A stretch of 64,000 bases of DNA from positions 1,632,001 through 1,696,000 of the forward strand of contig OZ245838.1 in the NCBI GenBank assembly GCA_965228735.1. The letters are read 5' to 3'. Both the position numbers and the translations under genes were made by a program. The stretch comes from Planctomycetota bacterium. Lineage in GTDB: Bacteria; Planctomycetota; UBA1135; UBA2386. Below are positions 31,521-40,561 of this stretch, piece after piece; positions within the stretch are counted from its first letter, which is position 1, and each line of letters opens with the position of its first letter. The notes below the pieces were generated by a model. That model was not told where the DNA came from and did not search any database. It saw only the letters and a program-made list of their open reading frames with translations.

Positions 31521-32393
31521 TCAGGCGCGCGACCGCGGCAGGTCCGCGAACCCGAACTTCTGATGCAGCACGTCGAAGAAGTGCGTAGAGCCCGGGATCA
31601 GATGACGGAAACGCCACGGTGCCGGCCGCAGCTCGGCCCGGCCGCCGAGCGGGATCGCGAGTTGGACCTGGCCGTCGATCTGACACGAGGCCTGCCGCTT
31701 GAGACCGGTCTCGACGACCTCGATGTCGACGCCGTCCCGCACGGGCATGACGATCGGCCGGGTCGTGAGCGTGTGCGACGCGAGCGGCGACAGCACGAGC
31801 GCGTCCAGGCTCGGCACGAGCACCGGCCCGCCGACCGCCATCGAATAGGCGGTCGAGCCCGACGCCGTTGCCGCGATCAGACCGTCGCCGCGGTACGTCG
31901 CGATGTCGACGTCACCGCGCCAGACCCGCAACCCGATCATCCCGCCGACCGACCGCCTGGTGACGACCGCATCGTTGAGGAATGGCACGGGCTCCGACCG
32001 CGCGCCGTCCGCCGTGACGGCCGTGCACGTCATCATGAGCCGCGTCTCCTCGTGGAGCTCGCCGGCGAGCAGCCGGGTCAGCGCAAGCTCGGACTGCTCT
32101 TGTTCGTAGGCGGTGAGGAACCCGAGCCGCCCGCAGTTGATCCCGAGCGTCGGGCGCTGGTGCGACCCCATGCGCCGCGCCGCGGCGAGCAGCGATCCGT
32201 CGCCGCCGAACACGACCACGAAATCGCATTCGACGTGCGCGAGCGACGACTCACGATCCGTGATGACCGCCACCTCGCAACCCCGCGCCCGCAGCCACGT
32301 CGCGTGCTGCGTGACGAGCGCCTTCGTGCCGCCCTTGCGTTCGTCACCGACTACCGCGATGCGCAGCGGACTCGACGTGTCGGACGGTGGCAC
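31521..32393 (-). CDS. nadK: NAD(+)/NADH kinase
   Basis: GGDG, GINCGRLGFL, LND, GDGLI..T.SGSTAY..AVGGP; start estimated at GTG 32393. Confidence 0.93.
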   Translation of the reverse strand: MPPSDTSSPLRIAVVGDERKGGTKALVTQHATWLRARGCEVAVITDRESSLAHVECDFVVVFGGDGSLLAAARRMGSHQRPTLGINCGRLGFLTAYEQEQSELALTRLLAGELHEETRLMMTCTAVTADGARSEPVPFLNDAVVTRRSVGGMIGLRVWRGDVDIATYRGDGLIAATASGSTAYSMAVGGPVLVPSLDALVLSPLASHTLTTRPIVMPVRDGVDIEVVETGLKRQASCQIDGQVQLAIPLGGRAELRPAPWRFRHLIPGSTHFFDVLHQKFGFADLPRSRA

Positions 32394-32406
32394 CGCCGCC
32401 TCGCCC

Positions 32407-34458
32407 TCAGTTGGAGACGTTGGAGGCGCGCAAGCCCGCCTTCGATTGAGCAGTGGTCGAGCGTTCGGCGCCGGCATCGACCCGGGCGAACCGCGTGGCG
32501 ATCTGCTCCGCGGTCAGGCCGCAGTGCTCGAGCACCTGGTTGCGCGACATGTGCTCGAAGATGTCATCGGGCGCGCCGAGCACGTCGATGCGCGCGCGCA
32601 CCGGACCGTTCGCCGCGACGCACTCGAGCACCGCGCTGCCGAATCCTCCGACCTTGGCGTGGTCCTCCAGCGTCACGACGTGGTCGTGACGCTCACACAG
32701 GTCGAGGATGCCGGCCTCGTCGAGCGGCTTGCAGAAGCGCGCGTTGACGACCTCGATGTGGACCCCGCGCTTGTCGAGCAGGGCCGCGGCCTCGAGCGCC
32801 GTCTGGACCATGTGACCGTAGGCGACGATCGCGCCGTCCTGACCCGGTCGCAACACTTCCATCTTGCCGAGCTCGATCGGCTGCTGCTTGCCGGACCAGC
32901 CGACGAGCTCGTGCCGGTGCGGCGCGTTGCCACGTGCGTAGCGCACGCCCGACGGCCCCGGCAGCGTGAGCGCGAACTGCATCATCTCGTGCAGCTCCTG
33001 CCCGTCCTTCGGCGCCATGAGCGTGATGCCCGGCATGCACCGCAGGTAGGCGATGTCGTAGAGACCGTTGTGCGTCGCGCCGTCCTCGCCGACGAGCCCG
33101 GCGCGATCCATCGCGAAGATCACGGGCAGGCGCTGCAGGATGACCTCCTGGAACACCTGGTCGTAGCCGCGCTGCAGGAACGTCGAGTAGATCGCGCAGA
33201 TCGGCCGCATCCCGCTCGTCGCGAGGCCCGACGCCATCGCGACCGCGTGCTGCTCGGCGATCCCGGCATCGACGAAGCGCTCCGGGTATTTGTCGCGGAA
33301 CTCCATCAGTCCCGTGCCGTCCGGCATCGCCGCCGTGATCGCGATCACGCGATCGTCGGCCTCGGCGAGCTTGTCGATGCTGTCGCCAAACCACTGGGTC
33401 CAGGCCCGCCCGGGCTTGGTGAGCGGCACGACCGGCGGCAGGACGGCCGGCTCGACCGACACCTTCTCGAGCTTCTTGCTCGAGGTGACGGGGGCCTTCG
33501 GAGCCGGCGCCGCCTTCTTCTGGGCCGCCTTCTTTTGGGGCTTGGCCGCGTGCGCGCGGTCGTAACGATCCTCGCTGCCGGGCACGCCCTTGCCCTTCTC
33601 GGTCATCACGTGCAGCAGCGTCACGCCGTCCAGGTTCTTGCACTGATCCAGCGCGTCGACGACGGCGTTCGTGTCGTGACCGTCGACCGGGCCGAAGTAA
33701 CGGAAGCCCAGCTCTTCGAAGATGTGGCCCGGCGCGACCATGTTCTTCAGCAGGTCGACGGTGTCCCCGAGGCGCTCGTCGATACCCTTGCCGACGTACG
33801 GAATCGCCTGGATCAGATGGTGCACCGTCTCCTTGGCGCGGTTGTAGAACGTGCCCGACCGCAGCTTGTTGAGGTAGCGCGACAGCGCGCCGACCGTCTT
33901 GGCGATCGACCAGCGATTGTCGTTGAGGATGACGAGCAGCCGCACGTCTTCGAGCGAGCCGGCGTGGTTGAGCGCTTCGAACGCGACGCCGCAGCCCATC
34001 GCCGCATCGCCGACGACCGCGACCGAGTGCCGGTCCTTGGCCTGCATCCGATCGCCCATCGCGATGCCGAGCGCCGCCGACGCCGCCGTGCCCGCGTGCC
34101 CCATCAGGTAGGCGTCGTACTCCGACTCCCACTTGTTGGAGAAGCCACTGAGCCCGTCCTTCTGTCTCAGCGTGTGGAAGCGCGCCTTGCGCTCGGTGAG
34201 CAACTTGTGCGGATAGCACTGGTGACCGACGTCCCAGACGAGCCGGTCGTTCTTGAAGTCGAACAGGTAGTGCAGGCCGACCGTCAGCTCGACGACGCCC
34301 ATGCCAGAACCCAGGTGCCCCCCCGTCACGCTGACGGTGTCGAGGATCACCTGGCGCATCTCGGCGCAGAGCTCGGGCAGCTGATCGCGCGACAACCGCT
34401 TCAGGTCGTCGGGATTGTCGACTTGGTCGAAGAGAGGCGTGCTCGACGGCTGGTCCAA
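32407..34458 (-). CDS. dxs: 1-deoxy-D-xylulose-5-phosphate synthase
   Basis: GGHLG, WDVGHQCYPHK, GD...EALN, GPVDGH, GIAEQHAV, DRAG.VGEDGATH; TTG start with GGAG RBS. Confidence 0.97.
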   Translation of the reverse strand: MDQPSSTPLFDQVDNPDDLKRLSRDQLPELCAEMRQVILDTVSVTGGHLGSGMGVVELTVGLHYLFDFKNDRLVWDVGHQCYPHKLLTERKARFHTLRQKDGLSGFSNKWESEYDAYLMGHAGTAASAALGIAMGDRMQAKDRHSVAVVGDAAMGCGVAFEALNHAGSLEDVRLLVILNDNRWSIAKTVGALSRYLNKLRSGTFYNRAKETVHHLIQAIPYVGKGIDERLGDTVDLLKNMVAPGHIFEELGFRYFGPVDGHDTNAVVDALDQCKNLDGVTLLHVMTEKGKGVPGSEDRYDRAHAAKPQKKAAQKKAAPAPKAPVTSSKKLEKVSVEPAVLPPVVPLTKPGRAWTQWFGDSIDKLAEADDRVIAITAAMPDGTGLMEFRDKYPERFVDAGIAEQHAVAMASGLATSGMRPICAIYSTFLQRGYDQVFQEVILQRLPVIFAMDRAGLVGEDGATHNGLYDIAYLRCMPGITLMAPKDGQELHEMMQFALTLPGPSGVRYARGNAPHRHELVGWSGKQQPIELGKMEVLRPGQDGAIVAYGHMVQTALEAAALLDKRGVHIEVVNARFCKPLDEAGILDLCERHDHVVTLEDHAKVGGFGSAVLECVAANGPVRARIDVLGAPDDIFEHMSRNQVLEHCGLTAEQIATRFARVDAGAERSTTAQSKAGLRASNVSN

Positions 34459-34544
34459 AACTGCTCCGTAGGAGTGGTAACGTCGGACGAGATCGCGGAT
34501 TTCGAGAACCGCTCCGCCGCGCAAGGCCGGACCGCGGGCCCGAC

Positions 34545-35486
34545 TCAGCGGCGGCGCTCGACGCTAAAGGTCGCGCAATCTTGCAGTAGCGCCACCGCGG
34601 CGTCCAGTGCGGAACGCGGCTGGCCACGCCAATCCGCGACCCCCTGGCCCAGTCGGGCCGCCAGCTCGCCGGCCTCCGCGGCCAGCTCGCGGGCCACGCG
34701 CTGACTCGCCTCGAGGCCGACGAGCGCGGGCCAGGTCAGCTTCGCCGCGGCCAGGTCCGCGAGCGGGTTCTTGCCCAACTCCGCCGCGCTGCCCGTGATA
34801 TCGAGGCAATCGTCGGCGATCTGGAACGCCCGTCCGAGCCGGTCGCCGTACTCGCGCAGCAGCGCGAGCACCGCGGGCGGCACCGCCACCGGCTCCCCGA
34901 CGGTCCCGGCGTAGGCGCCGACCAGCAGCGAACCGGCGATCAGCGCGCCGGTCTTGTGATCGTGGATCCACGTCAGCCGTTCGATCGTGTGGCGTCCGGC
35001 CTTGGCCTCGTTCTCGCCCTCGGCCGCGAGATCCTCGACCTGCCCGCCGACCATGCCGCGGCTGCCCGCCGCGATCGCCAGCTCGCGCACCGCGTCACCG
35101 CCGCCGTGCGCGGCCGCCTCGAACGCGAGCGTCAGCAGCGCGTCGCCCGCGAGCAACGCGGTCGCTTCGCCGAACTCCACGTGGGCCGTCGGCCGGCCGC
35201 GCCGCAGCTCGTCGTCGTCCATGCACGGCAGATCGTCGTGCACGAGGCTGTAGGTGTGCAGGCACTCGAGACCGGCCGCCGCGCGCAGCGCGCGCCGCGG
35301 ATCCGCGTGCATCGCCGTCGCGCCGAGCAGCGCGAGCATCGGCCGCAGGCGCTTGCCGCCCGGGAACATCGCGTAGCGCATCGCCGCGTGCAGCTCGCTC
35401 GGCGGCTCGCCCTCGGCCGGCAGCAGCGCGTCGAGCTCGCGTTCGACCTCCGGCAGCCACTGCGTGACGAAGTCGCCGAAACTCAT
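34545..35486 (-). CDS. ispA: Polyprenyl (farnesyl/geranylgeranyl) diphosphate synthase
   Basis: GGKRLRP, SLVHDDLPCMDDDELRRG, KTGAL, FQIADD. Confidence 0.95.
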   Translation of the reverse strand: MSFGDFVTQWLPEVERELDALLPAEGEPPSELHAAMRYAMFPGGKRLRPMLALLGATAMHADPRRALRAAAGLECLHTYSLVHDDLPCMDDDELRRGRPTAHVEFGEATALLAGDALLTLAFEAAAHGGGDAVRELAIAAGSRGMVGGQVEDLAAEGENEAKAGRHTIERLTWIHDHKTGALIAGSLLVGAYAGTVGEPVAVPPAVLALLREYGDRLGRAFQIADDCLDITGSAAELGKNPLADLAAAKLTWPALVGLEASQRVARELAAEAGELAARLGQGVADWRGQPRSALDAAVALLQDCATFSVERRR

Positions 35487-35604
35487 CGGACCGCCTCGCG
35501 GTCTGGAACGCGACGAACGAACGGCGACTGGCTGCGTCGGATCACGGGCACGGGAGAGCTGGCAGGCGTTGGTCAGGCGGCGAACCGGCGGTCGGCACGC
35601 GACC

Positions 35605-36732
35605 TCAGCGACGGACTCGCACGACGAGGCCGAGCATGAGCTCGATCGCGCGGGCCGGCGTCACGGCAGGCAGCAGGATGCGATAGCCGTCGCCAGAGAT
35701 GTTCGACTCGGCCAGCCCGCGGCGCAACAGTCCGTCGCGCAACACCAGCGAAACGACGTTCGCCGTCTCGTCGATCTCGACGGCGAGCCGCGCACACGTT
35801 GCCCCCCAACGCACATGCCCTTTGCTGTCCGTCGCGAGCAGCTGCGCATCGAGGAAACTGGCGTCCTCGAGCCCCCGCAGCCGCTGCAGCCGGATCGTCT
35901 CCGGCGTGCCACCCGCGGCGAGCAAGCCGTCGAAGCGGTCGAGCCAGGCCAGCCGGGTCGCCGGATCGAGATCCGTCGGCCGCACGTCCACCGCGAGTCC
36001 CTCGGGCGCCGGGTACTCGCCCTCGGCCGTCACGAGCTGCGGCAGCCGCTTCTCGAACAGCGGACCATCGACCGGGCCGACGAGGATCGTGAACCCGTCC
36101 TCGGGCAACGGCACGCGGGCGCCGTCCTCGTTGCGGGTGCCATCGAAGAACGTCAGCTCGAGCCGTCGCTCCGCGCGATCGAGCGTCGCGGTCATGCGCC
36201 CCGCGAGGACCAGGTCCGCGCCGAGTTCGTCGCTGTCGGCGTGCACGAGCTCGACGTCGTGCAGGCCGTGCTCGTCGAGCGCGCGCGCGCGCAGGAAGCG
36301 CAACCGCGGAAAGCCCTCGATGCGCAGGCACTCGTGCAACGTCGCGAGACACTGCCGCACGCCGGTCGGCATCGGGGCGAGCGCGCGCTCGTTCGCGGCC
36401 CGGATCTCGTCGCCGCGTGCCTCGGCGAGGGCCGTGGCGCGCTCCACGGCCGCGCTCATCTCACTCAGCTGCGTCGCCGTGCGCGCGACCTCGCCCTCGA
36501 GCCGAACGACATCAGTGCGCGTCGCCTCGAGTTGCGTTGCGAGCGCTTCGCGCGCGGCCGTGACGGTCCGCAGCTCGTCCGCCCCACGCGCGGCAGCCTG
36601 CTGGGCCGCGCGGGCCGCCAGTTCGAACCGCCCCGCTGTGGCCGCGACCGAGCGGGTCTCGAGCGTCAGCAGCACGACCGCGGTCAACAGTCCGGCGATC
36701 GCGACAAACGTCAGTACGGCAGGGAAACGCAT
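35605..36732 (-). CDS. Membrane-anchored coiled-coil protein with a duplicated beta-rich domain
   Basis: ATG 36732, N-terminal TM, heptad region, two similar ~75-aa modules. Confidence 0.7.
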   Translation of the reverse strand: MRFPAVLTFVAIAGLLTAVVLLTLETRSVAATAGRFELAARAAQQAAARGADELRTVTAAREALATQLEATRTDVVRLEGEVARTATQLSEMSAAVERATALAEARGDEIRAANERALAPMPTGVRQCLATLHECLRIEGFPRLRFLRARALDEHGLHDVELVHADSDELGADLVLAGRMTATLDRAERRLELTFFDGTRNEDGARVPLPEDGFTILVGPVDGPLFEKRLPQLVTAEGEYPAPEGLAVDVRPTDLDPATRLAWLDRFDGLLAAGGTPETIRLQRLRGLEDASFLDAQLLATDSKGHVRWGATCARLAVEIDETANVVSLVLRDGLLRRGLAESNISGDGYRILLPAVTPARAIELMLGLVVRVRR

Positions 36733-36862
36733 CGATGGACCGGCTCGCCGCGCCAATCAGACGGCGCCCCGAGGGACGGAGACCATGAGACGACACTGGC
36801 GCCGAGAACTTCCCGGCCAATCCGGCGGCCGGCCCGGTTCGGGGCTCCGCGGGCCGGGCTGG

Positions 36863-37678
36863 TCAGTTCCAGGGCTTGCCGCGGTTCTTGTTGTTCCAGT
36901 TCTGCCAGTCCAGGAACTTGTTGAAGTTCTGGCCCGTCAGCTTGCTGAGCGTGTCGTTCCACTTGCCGCCGATCGCCGCGAGCGTGTTGCGCGCGTTGGC
37001 CGCCTGGATGTTGCCCGACCCGAGCTGCGACGCGAGCGTGTCGAGCGAGCCCCAGCGCTTGAGCAGGTCGTCGACGATCTCCTTCCGCAGCGCCTCCTTG
37101 GCCTTGTCGTAGTTGCCGAGCGCCTCGCCCGCCGCGGCCATCAGCGCGTCCTCGGGATTGCGCCGCGCCTCGTCGAGCAGGAACTTGATCTTCGACTCGT
37201 CCTTGGTCTTGCCGATGCTGCGCAGCATGCGCTCACGCAACGGCACCCACGGCTTCTTGTCGGGGAAGCGGCTGCTGTCGTACGACTTCTGCAGGATCTT
37301 CGCGCCTTCCTCACCGCAGTACGCCAGCGCTTCGACGGCCGCGAAGTAGAGCTCGGGACTCTCCGGCGGCCGCAGCTTGCCGCGCTTCAACACGCCATCG
37401 AGCGCCTTGTCGATGATCTTCTGGTCCTTGTCCGCGACGCCGGCCTGCAGCTTGACGAGCAGCTTGTCGATGCACTCGACGCCCTCGGCATCGCGCGCGA
37501 ACTTGCGGTCCTTGACGCAGTCCGCGAGCCGGTCGGCGAGCGCCTTGATCTCCGGGTCCGACTTCTTCGGCGCCGGCTTCTGCGCCGCCACCGAGCCGGC
37601 GAACGCGCTCAGCAGGGCCGTCGCGGCGAGCACTACGCCCGAGCGATGCATGAATGTGTGTGCGAGCTTCATCGTCAT
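36863..37678 (-). CDS. Secreted HEAT-repeat-like protein
   Basis: GGAGG RBS, signal peptide, AAVEALA / AAGEALG repeats, L..LTGQ.F...W..W C-terminus. Confidence 0.8.
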   Translation of the reverse strand: MTMKLAHTFMHRSGVVLAATALLSAFAGSVAAQKPAPKKSDPEIKALADRLADCVKDRKFARDAEGVECIDKLLVKLQAGVADKDQKIIDKALDGVLKRGKLRPPESPELYFAAVEALAYCGEEGAKILQKSYDSSRFPDKKPWVPLRERMLRSIGKTKDESKIKFLLDEARRNPEDALMAAAGEALGNYDKAKEALRKEIVDDLLKRWGSLDTLASQLGSGNIQAANARNTLAAIGGKWNDTLSKLTGQNFNKFLDWQNWNNKNRGKPWN

Positions 37679-37870
37679 ACCTCCGTCGTCATCGGCGCGA
37701 ACGGCCCGTGGCGGCAAGCCTTCCGGGAGCGGGCCGCGCCACCGGGGCCCAACCCGCGGCAGCATGGGCCGTTCGGTCCATGGTCGCCAGCATACAAAAG
37801 CCGTTCCGTCGCCGCGAATCCGCCTTGCCAATGCGGCATGTCACCCGCCTCGATCGCGGGACCATCCGGC

Positions 37871-40120
37871 TCACGGCAACCGCTCGAGCAGCTCGCGCGC
37901 GCACTCGCGCACGACCGCCATGTCGAGCAGGTGCCAGCGGCTCGGCAACGCGCGCTCCTCGTCGACCCCGCGCCCCCGCAAGGCCGCGGCCAACTGCCGC
38001 GCGAGTTCGCTGAACCCGCGGTGGTGCGGCGATTCCGCGCCCGGGTCACCGAGGAAGTCGACGATGTGCGCGAGCACGAGCTCGGTGTGCGGCGACACGG
38101 CGAGCGACGCGAGCTCCGCGCGCCGCTCCATCTCGCCCTCGATGACCGCCGCCGACAGGCCGAACTGCAGCATGAGTCCGAGCCCACGCCCGAGGTTGAG
38201 CCCGATCGGCAGGTAGTAGAACGAGTCGACGAGGTGCTGCCGTTCGTGGTGCCGGATCGTGTCGAGGACAGCGAAGTCGAGGTCGGTGTCCTCCACCGAG
38301 GACATCACGGACAATCGGTGGGCGACGTCGAGCGGATCGAAGCCGGGCGCCGCCGGCAGCGGGTCGCGGAGCAGCGCGCCGCCGTCCGCCGCGACGACGC
38401 GGCGGCGCTCGCTGACGGCACCGGCCCACTCGCGCACCGCGTCGAAGTCGACGAGGTAGTGGTTCAGCAGCGCGACGCCCGCGATGTCACCGCCGACGAC
38501 GCCGCGGAACGCGCGCACGTCGCGATCGCACGCGACGACCTCGAAGCACCGCCCTGGCAGGGGCAGAGCCTCGTCCTCGCCGAGCTCGGTCACCGCGAGG
38601 CGCGACAGCAACATACCCTCGGCGGTCCCGCCGGAGCGCCGGCCCAGCACGAGGTGGCGGTTGTAGTTGGCCAGGTGCGCCATGAGCCCACCGCGGAACG
38701 GGTCGAGCAGCTCGCCGACGAGCGGCACGTAGAAGCGTTCGACCTCGCCGACGACGTCGCGGCCGAAGATGCGCTCGCTGACCGCGCGCAGCTCCGCCGT
38801 CACCTCGGCGAGGCTCGACGTGCTACCGCTGCGGTAGCCGCGATACAACAGCCGGCGCAGCGCCGCCTCGAACGCGAGCTCGGCGCGCGCCTCCGCGAGC
38901 CGTTCGGCCACCGCCGGATCCTCCGACCAGCGCATCTGCGCGAGCCCCCCGAGCTGTTCGGCCTCGGCGACGAAGCCGGTGCGCAACAGCGCCGTGAGCA
39001 ACGCCGCCGCCCGTTCCGCAGTCGCCAGCGGATCACCGGCGTGCCAGGGCCCATCGAGCAGCGTCAGCCAGCGGCCGCGCAGTTGATTGTCCTCCGCGAG
39101 CACGAGCCGCCGCGGTGCGTCGGCCCGCAGCAACGCGAGGAAGCCGCGCAGATCGCCGACCGCGAGGCGCAGGCGACGCTCCGTGCGACGCAGTCGCGGC
39201 GACCGCGCATCGGTCCCGGCCGCGGCGAGCACCGCGATCGCCGCGTGCGGCTGCCGATGGCGTTCGAACAGCTCGACGAGCGGCTCGAGCCCGCCGTTCT
39301 GGGCGAACGCCTGCAGCCGTTCCGGCGACGCGCGCAACAGATCGAACAGTTCTTCGGCCTGCCCGTCGCTCGCGCCGCCCGCGAGCCACCCCTCGACGAG
39401 CGCGTGAACCCGACCGTCGAACGGCCGCAGCCGCAGCGCCTCGAGCACCGCGTCCCAGGCGCCGTCCCGGTCCTCGACGGCGAGCAGCGAACGCGCCAGC
39501 CCGATCTGCCCGACGCCCGCGACGCGCGCGTCCTGCGCCATCGCGCGCCACAGCTCGACGAGCTCGCGCTCGCGCCCGAGACGCGCGAGGGTCGGGGCGT
39601 AGGCCTGGGCGATCACCGGGTGCGCATCCGTGGACCGATACAGCGACTCGAACAGCTTCGCGCCGCGCCCGGGGTCGCGCTGCGCCAGCGTGTGCGCGAG
39701 CCCGAGCCACGGCCAGAGCCGTTCTGGGCCGGCCTGGGCTGCGCGTTCGAACAGCTCGAGCTTGCGGTCGCTCGAGAACTCGACCCGGCCGCGCAGGTAG
39801 AGCGCCAGCGGATCGTCCGGAGTGCGTTCGAGCCACTCGTCGAGCTCGTGCACGAGCACGCCCCGGCGGCCGCGCTGCCGCAGGATGTCCTGGCGCACGC
39901 GGTGGGCGTCGACGTGCCGCGGGTGCTGCTGCCGCACCGTCTCGACGAGGGCGAGCGCTTCCTCGACCTCGCCGCGATCGAGCAGCGCCCGGGCGCGTAA
40001 CACCGTCTGGTCCGCCGGCGCGTCGGTCCACGGCAGCGTCATGAGTCGCGCCGGTGGCTGCCCGACCCGCACCGCACACGCGGCCAGCAACAGGGCGCAG
40101 GCGAGGACGACGCGGCTCAT
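37871..40120 (-). CDS. TPR-repeat lipoprotein with C-terminal HExxH (putative zinc metallopeptidase) domain
   Basis: Lipobox LAAC; TPR-like helices; HERQH at 38234-38248 followed by EMERRAE. Confidence 0.72.
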   Translation of the reverse strand: MSRVVLACALLLAACAVRVGQPPARLMTLPWTDAPADQTVLRARALLDRGEVEEALALVETVRQQHPRHVDAHRVRQDILRQRGRRGVLVHELDEWLERTPDDPLALYLRGRVEFSSDRKLELFERAAQAGPERLWPWLGLAHTLAQRDPGRGAKLFESLYRSTDAHPVIAQAYAPTLARLGRERELVELWRAMAQDARVAGVGQIGLARSLLAVEDRDGAWDAVLEALRLRPFDGRVHALVEGWLAGGASDGQAEELFDLLRASPERLQAFAQNGGLEPLVELFERHRQPHAAIAVLAAAGTDARSPRLRRTERRLRLAVGDLRGFLALLRADAPRRLVLAEDNQLRGRWLTLLDGPWHAGDPLATAERAAALLTALLRTGFVAEAEQLGGLAQMRWSEDPAVAERLAEARAELAFEAALRRLLYRGYRSGSTSSLAEVTAELRAVSERIFGRDVVGEVERFYVPLVGELLDPFRGGLMAHLANYNRHLVLGRRSGGTAEGMLLSRLAVTELGEDEALPLPGRCFEVVACDRDVRAFRGVVGGDIAGVALLNHYLVDFDAVREWAGAVSERRRVVAADGGALLRDPLPAAPGFDPLDVAHRLSVMSSVEDTDLDFAVLDTIRHHERQHLVDSFYYLPIGLNLGRGLGLMLQFGLSAAVIEGEMERRAELASLAVSPHTELVLAHIVDFLGDPGAESPHHRGFSELARQLAAALRGRGVDEERALPSRWHLLDMAVVRECARELLERLP

Positions 40121-40208
40121 GACCTGTGACATACGCCAGTCGCGCGGCGAACGAAAGGTCGGCCGTGGGCGTTCGCCGCCGGCCTCGTCCCCACCGCGAA
40201 CGGCGAGG

Positions 40209-40250
40209 AAAAAAGGCGGCCCCGCGGTGTTGCGTGGCACCGCGGGCGCC
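40209..40250 (-). terminator. Rho-independent terminator
   Basis: GC-rich hairpin (CCCGCGGTG/CACCGCGGG core) followed by T6 on the minus strand. Confidence 0.8.
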
Positions 40251-40400
40251 CGACCGCCGGCGCCGTCCCCCAACGGCGCGCTGGCGTTCTCGCCTGGTCC
40301 GTCGCAGCCCCCCAGCCGCGTCGGCGCCAGTGCGCAGACCCCCTGATCCCGCACAGTCTGCGCAACACCGAACTCGCCCCCCCAGGCGAGGACCCGGTGC
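40209..40400 (-). ncRNA. Candidate structured small RNA (tandem hairpins with G-rich loops)
   Basis: Four adjacent stem-loops plus terminator in a ~430-bp intergenic gap; no family recognised. Confidence 0.4.
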
Positions 40401-40561
40401 GCACCCGAGCATCGACAGGATCGGATTCTTGCTTGATCACCATCGGCAACACCCCATGCCAACGGTCGCGGGGCGAGACGACCTCGGGAGAGTCCCGGTG
40501 CACCTACGACTGAGCCGGACGAACGCGTGCCCACGGCGCGGCAGTTCCGGCTGCCCGGCGA

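Noticed and set aside
35487..35604. xseB expected upstream of ispA
   Set aside because: No matching ORF in the gap; its absence from this position is unremarkable
35699..40000. 1433-aa plus-strand ORF and similar long ORFs (13895-17374, 26926-29811, 32113-34704, 58367-61060)
   Set aside because: Antisense or off-frame shadows of well-supported genes; stop codons are rare at this GC content and the translations have no motifs
40446..40462. Sigma54-like TTGGCA...TTGC upstream of the candidate sRNA (minus strand)
   Set aside because: GG-to-GC spacing is 11 nt, not the strict 10
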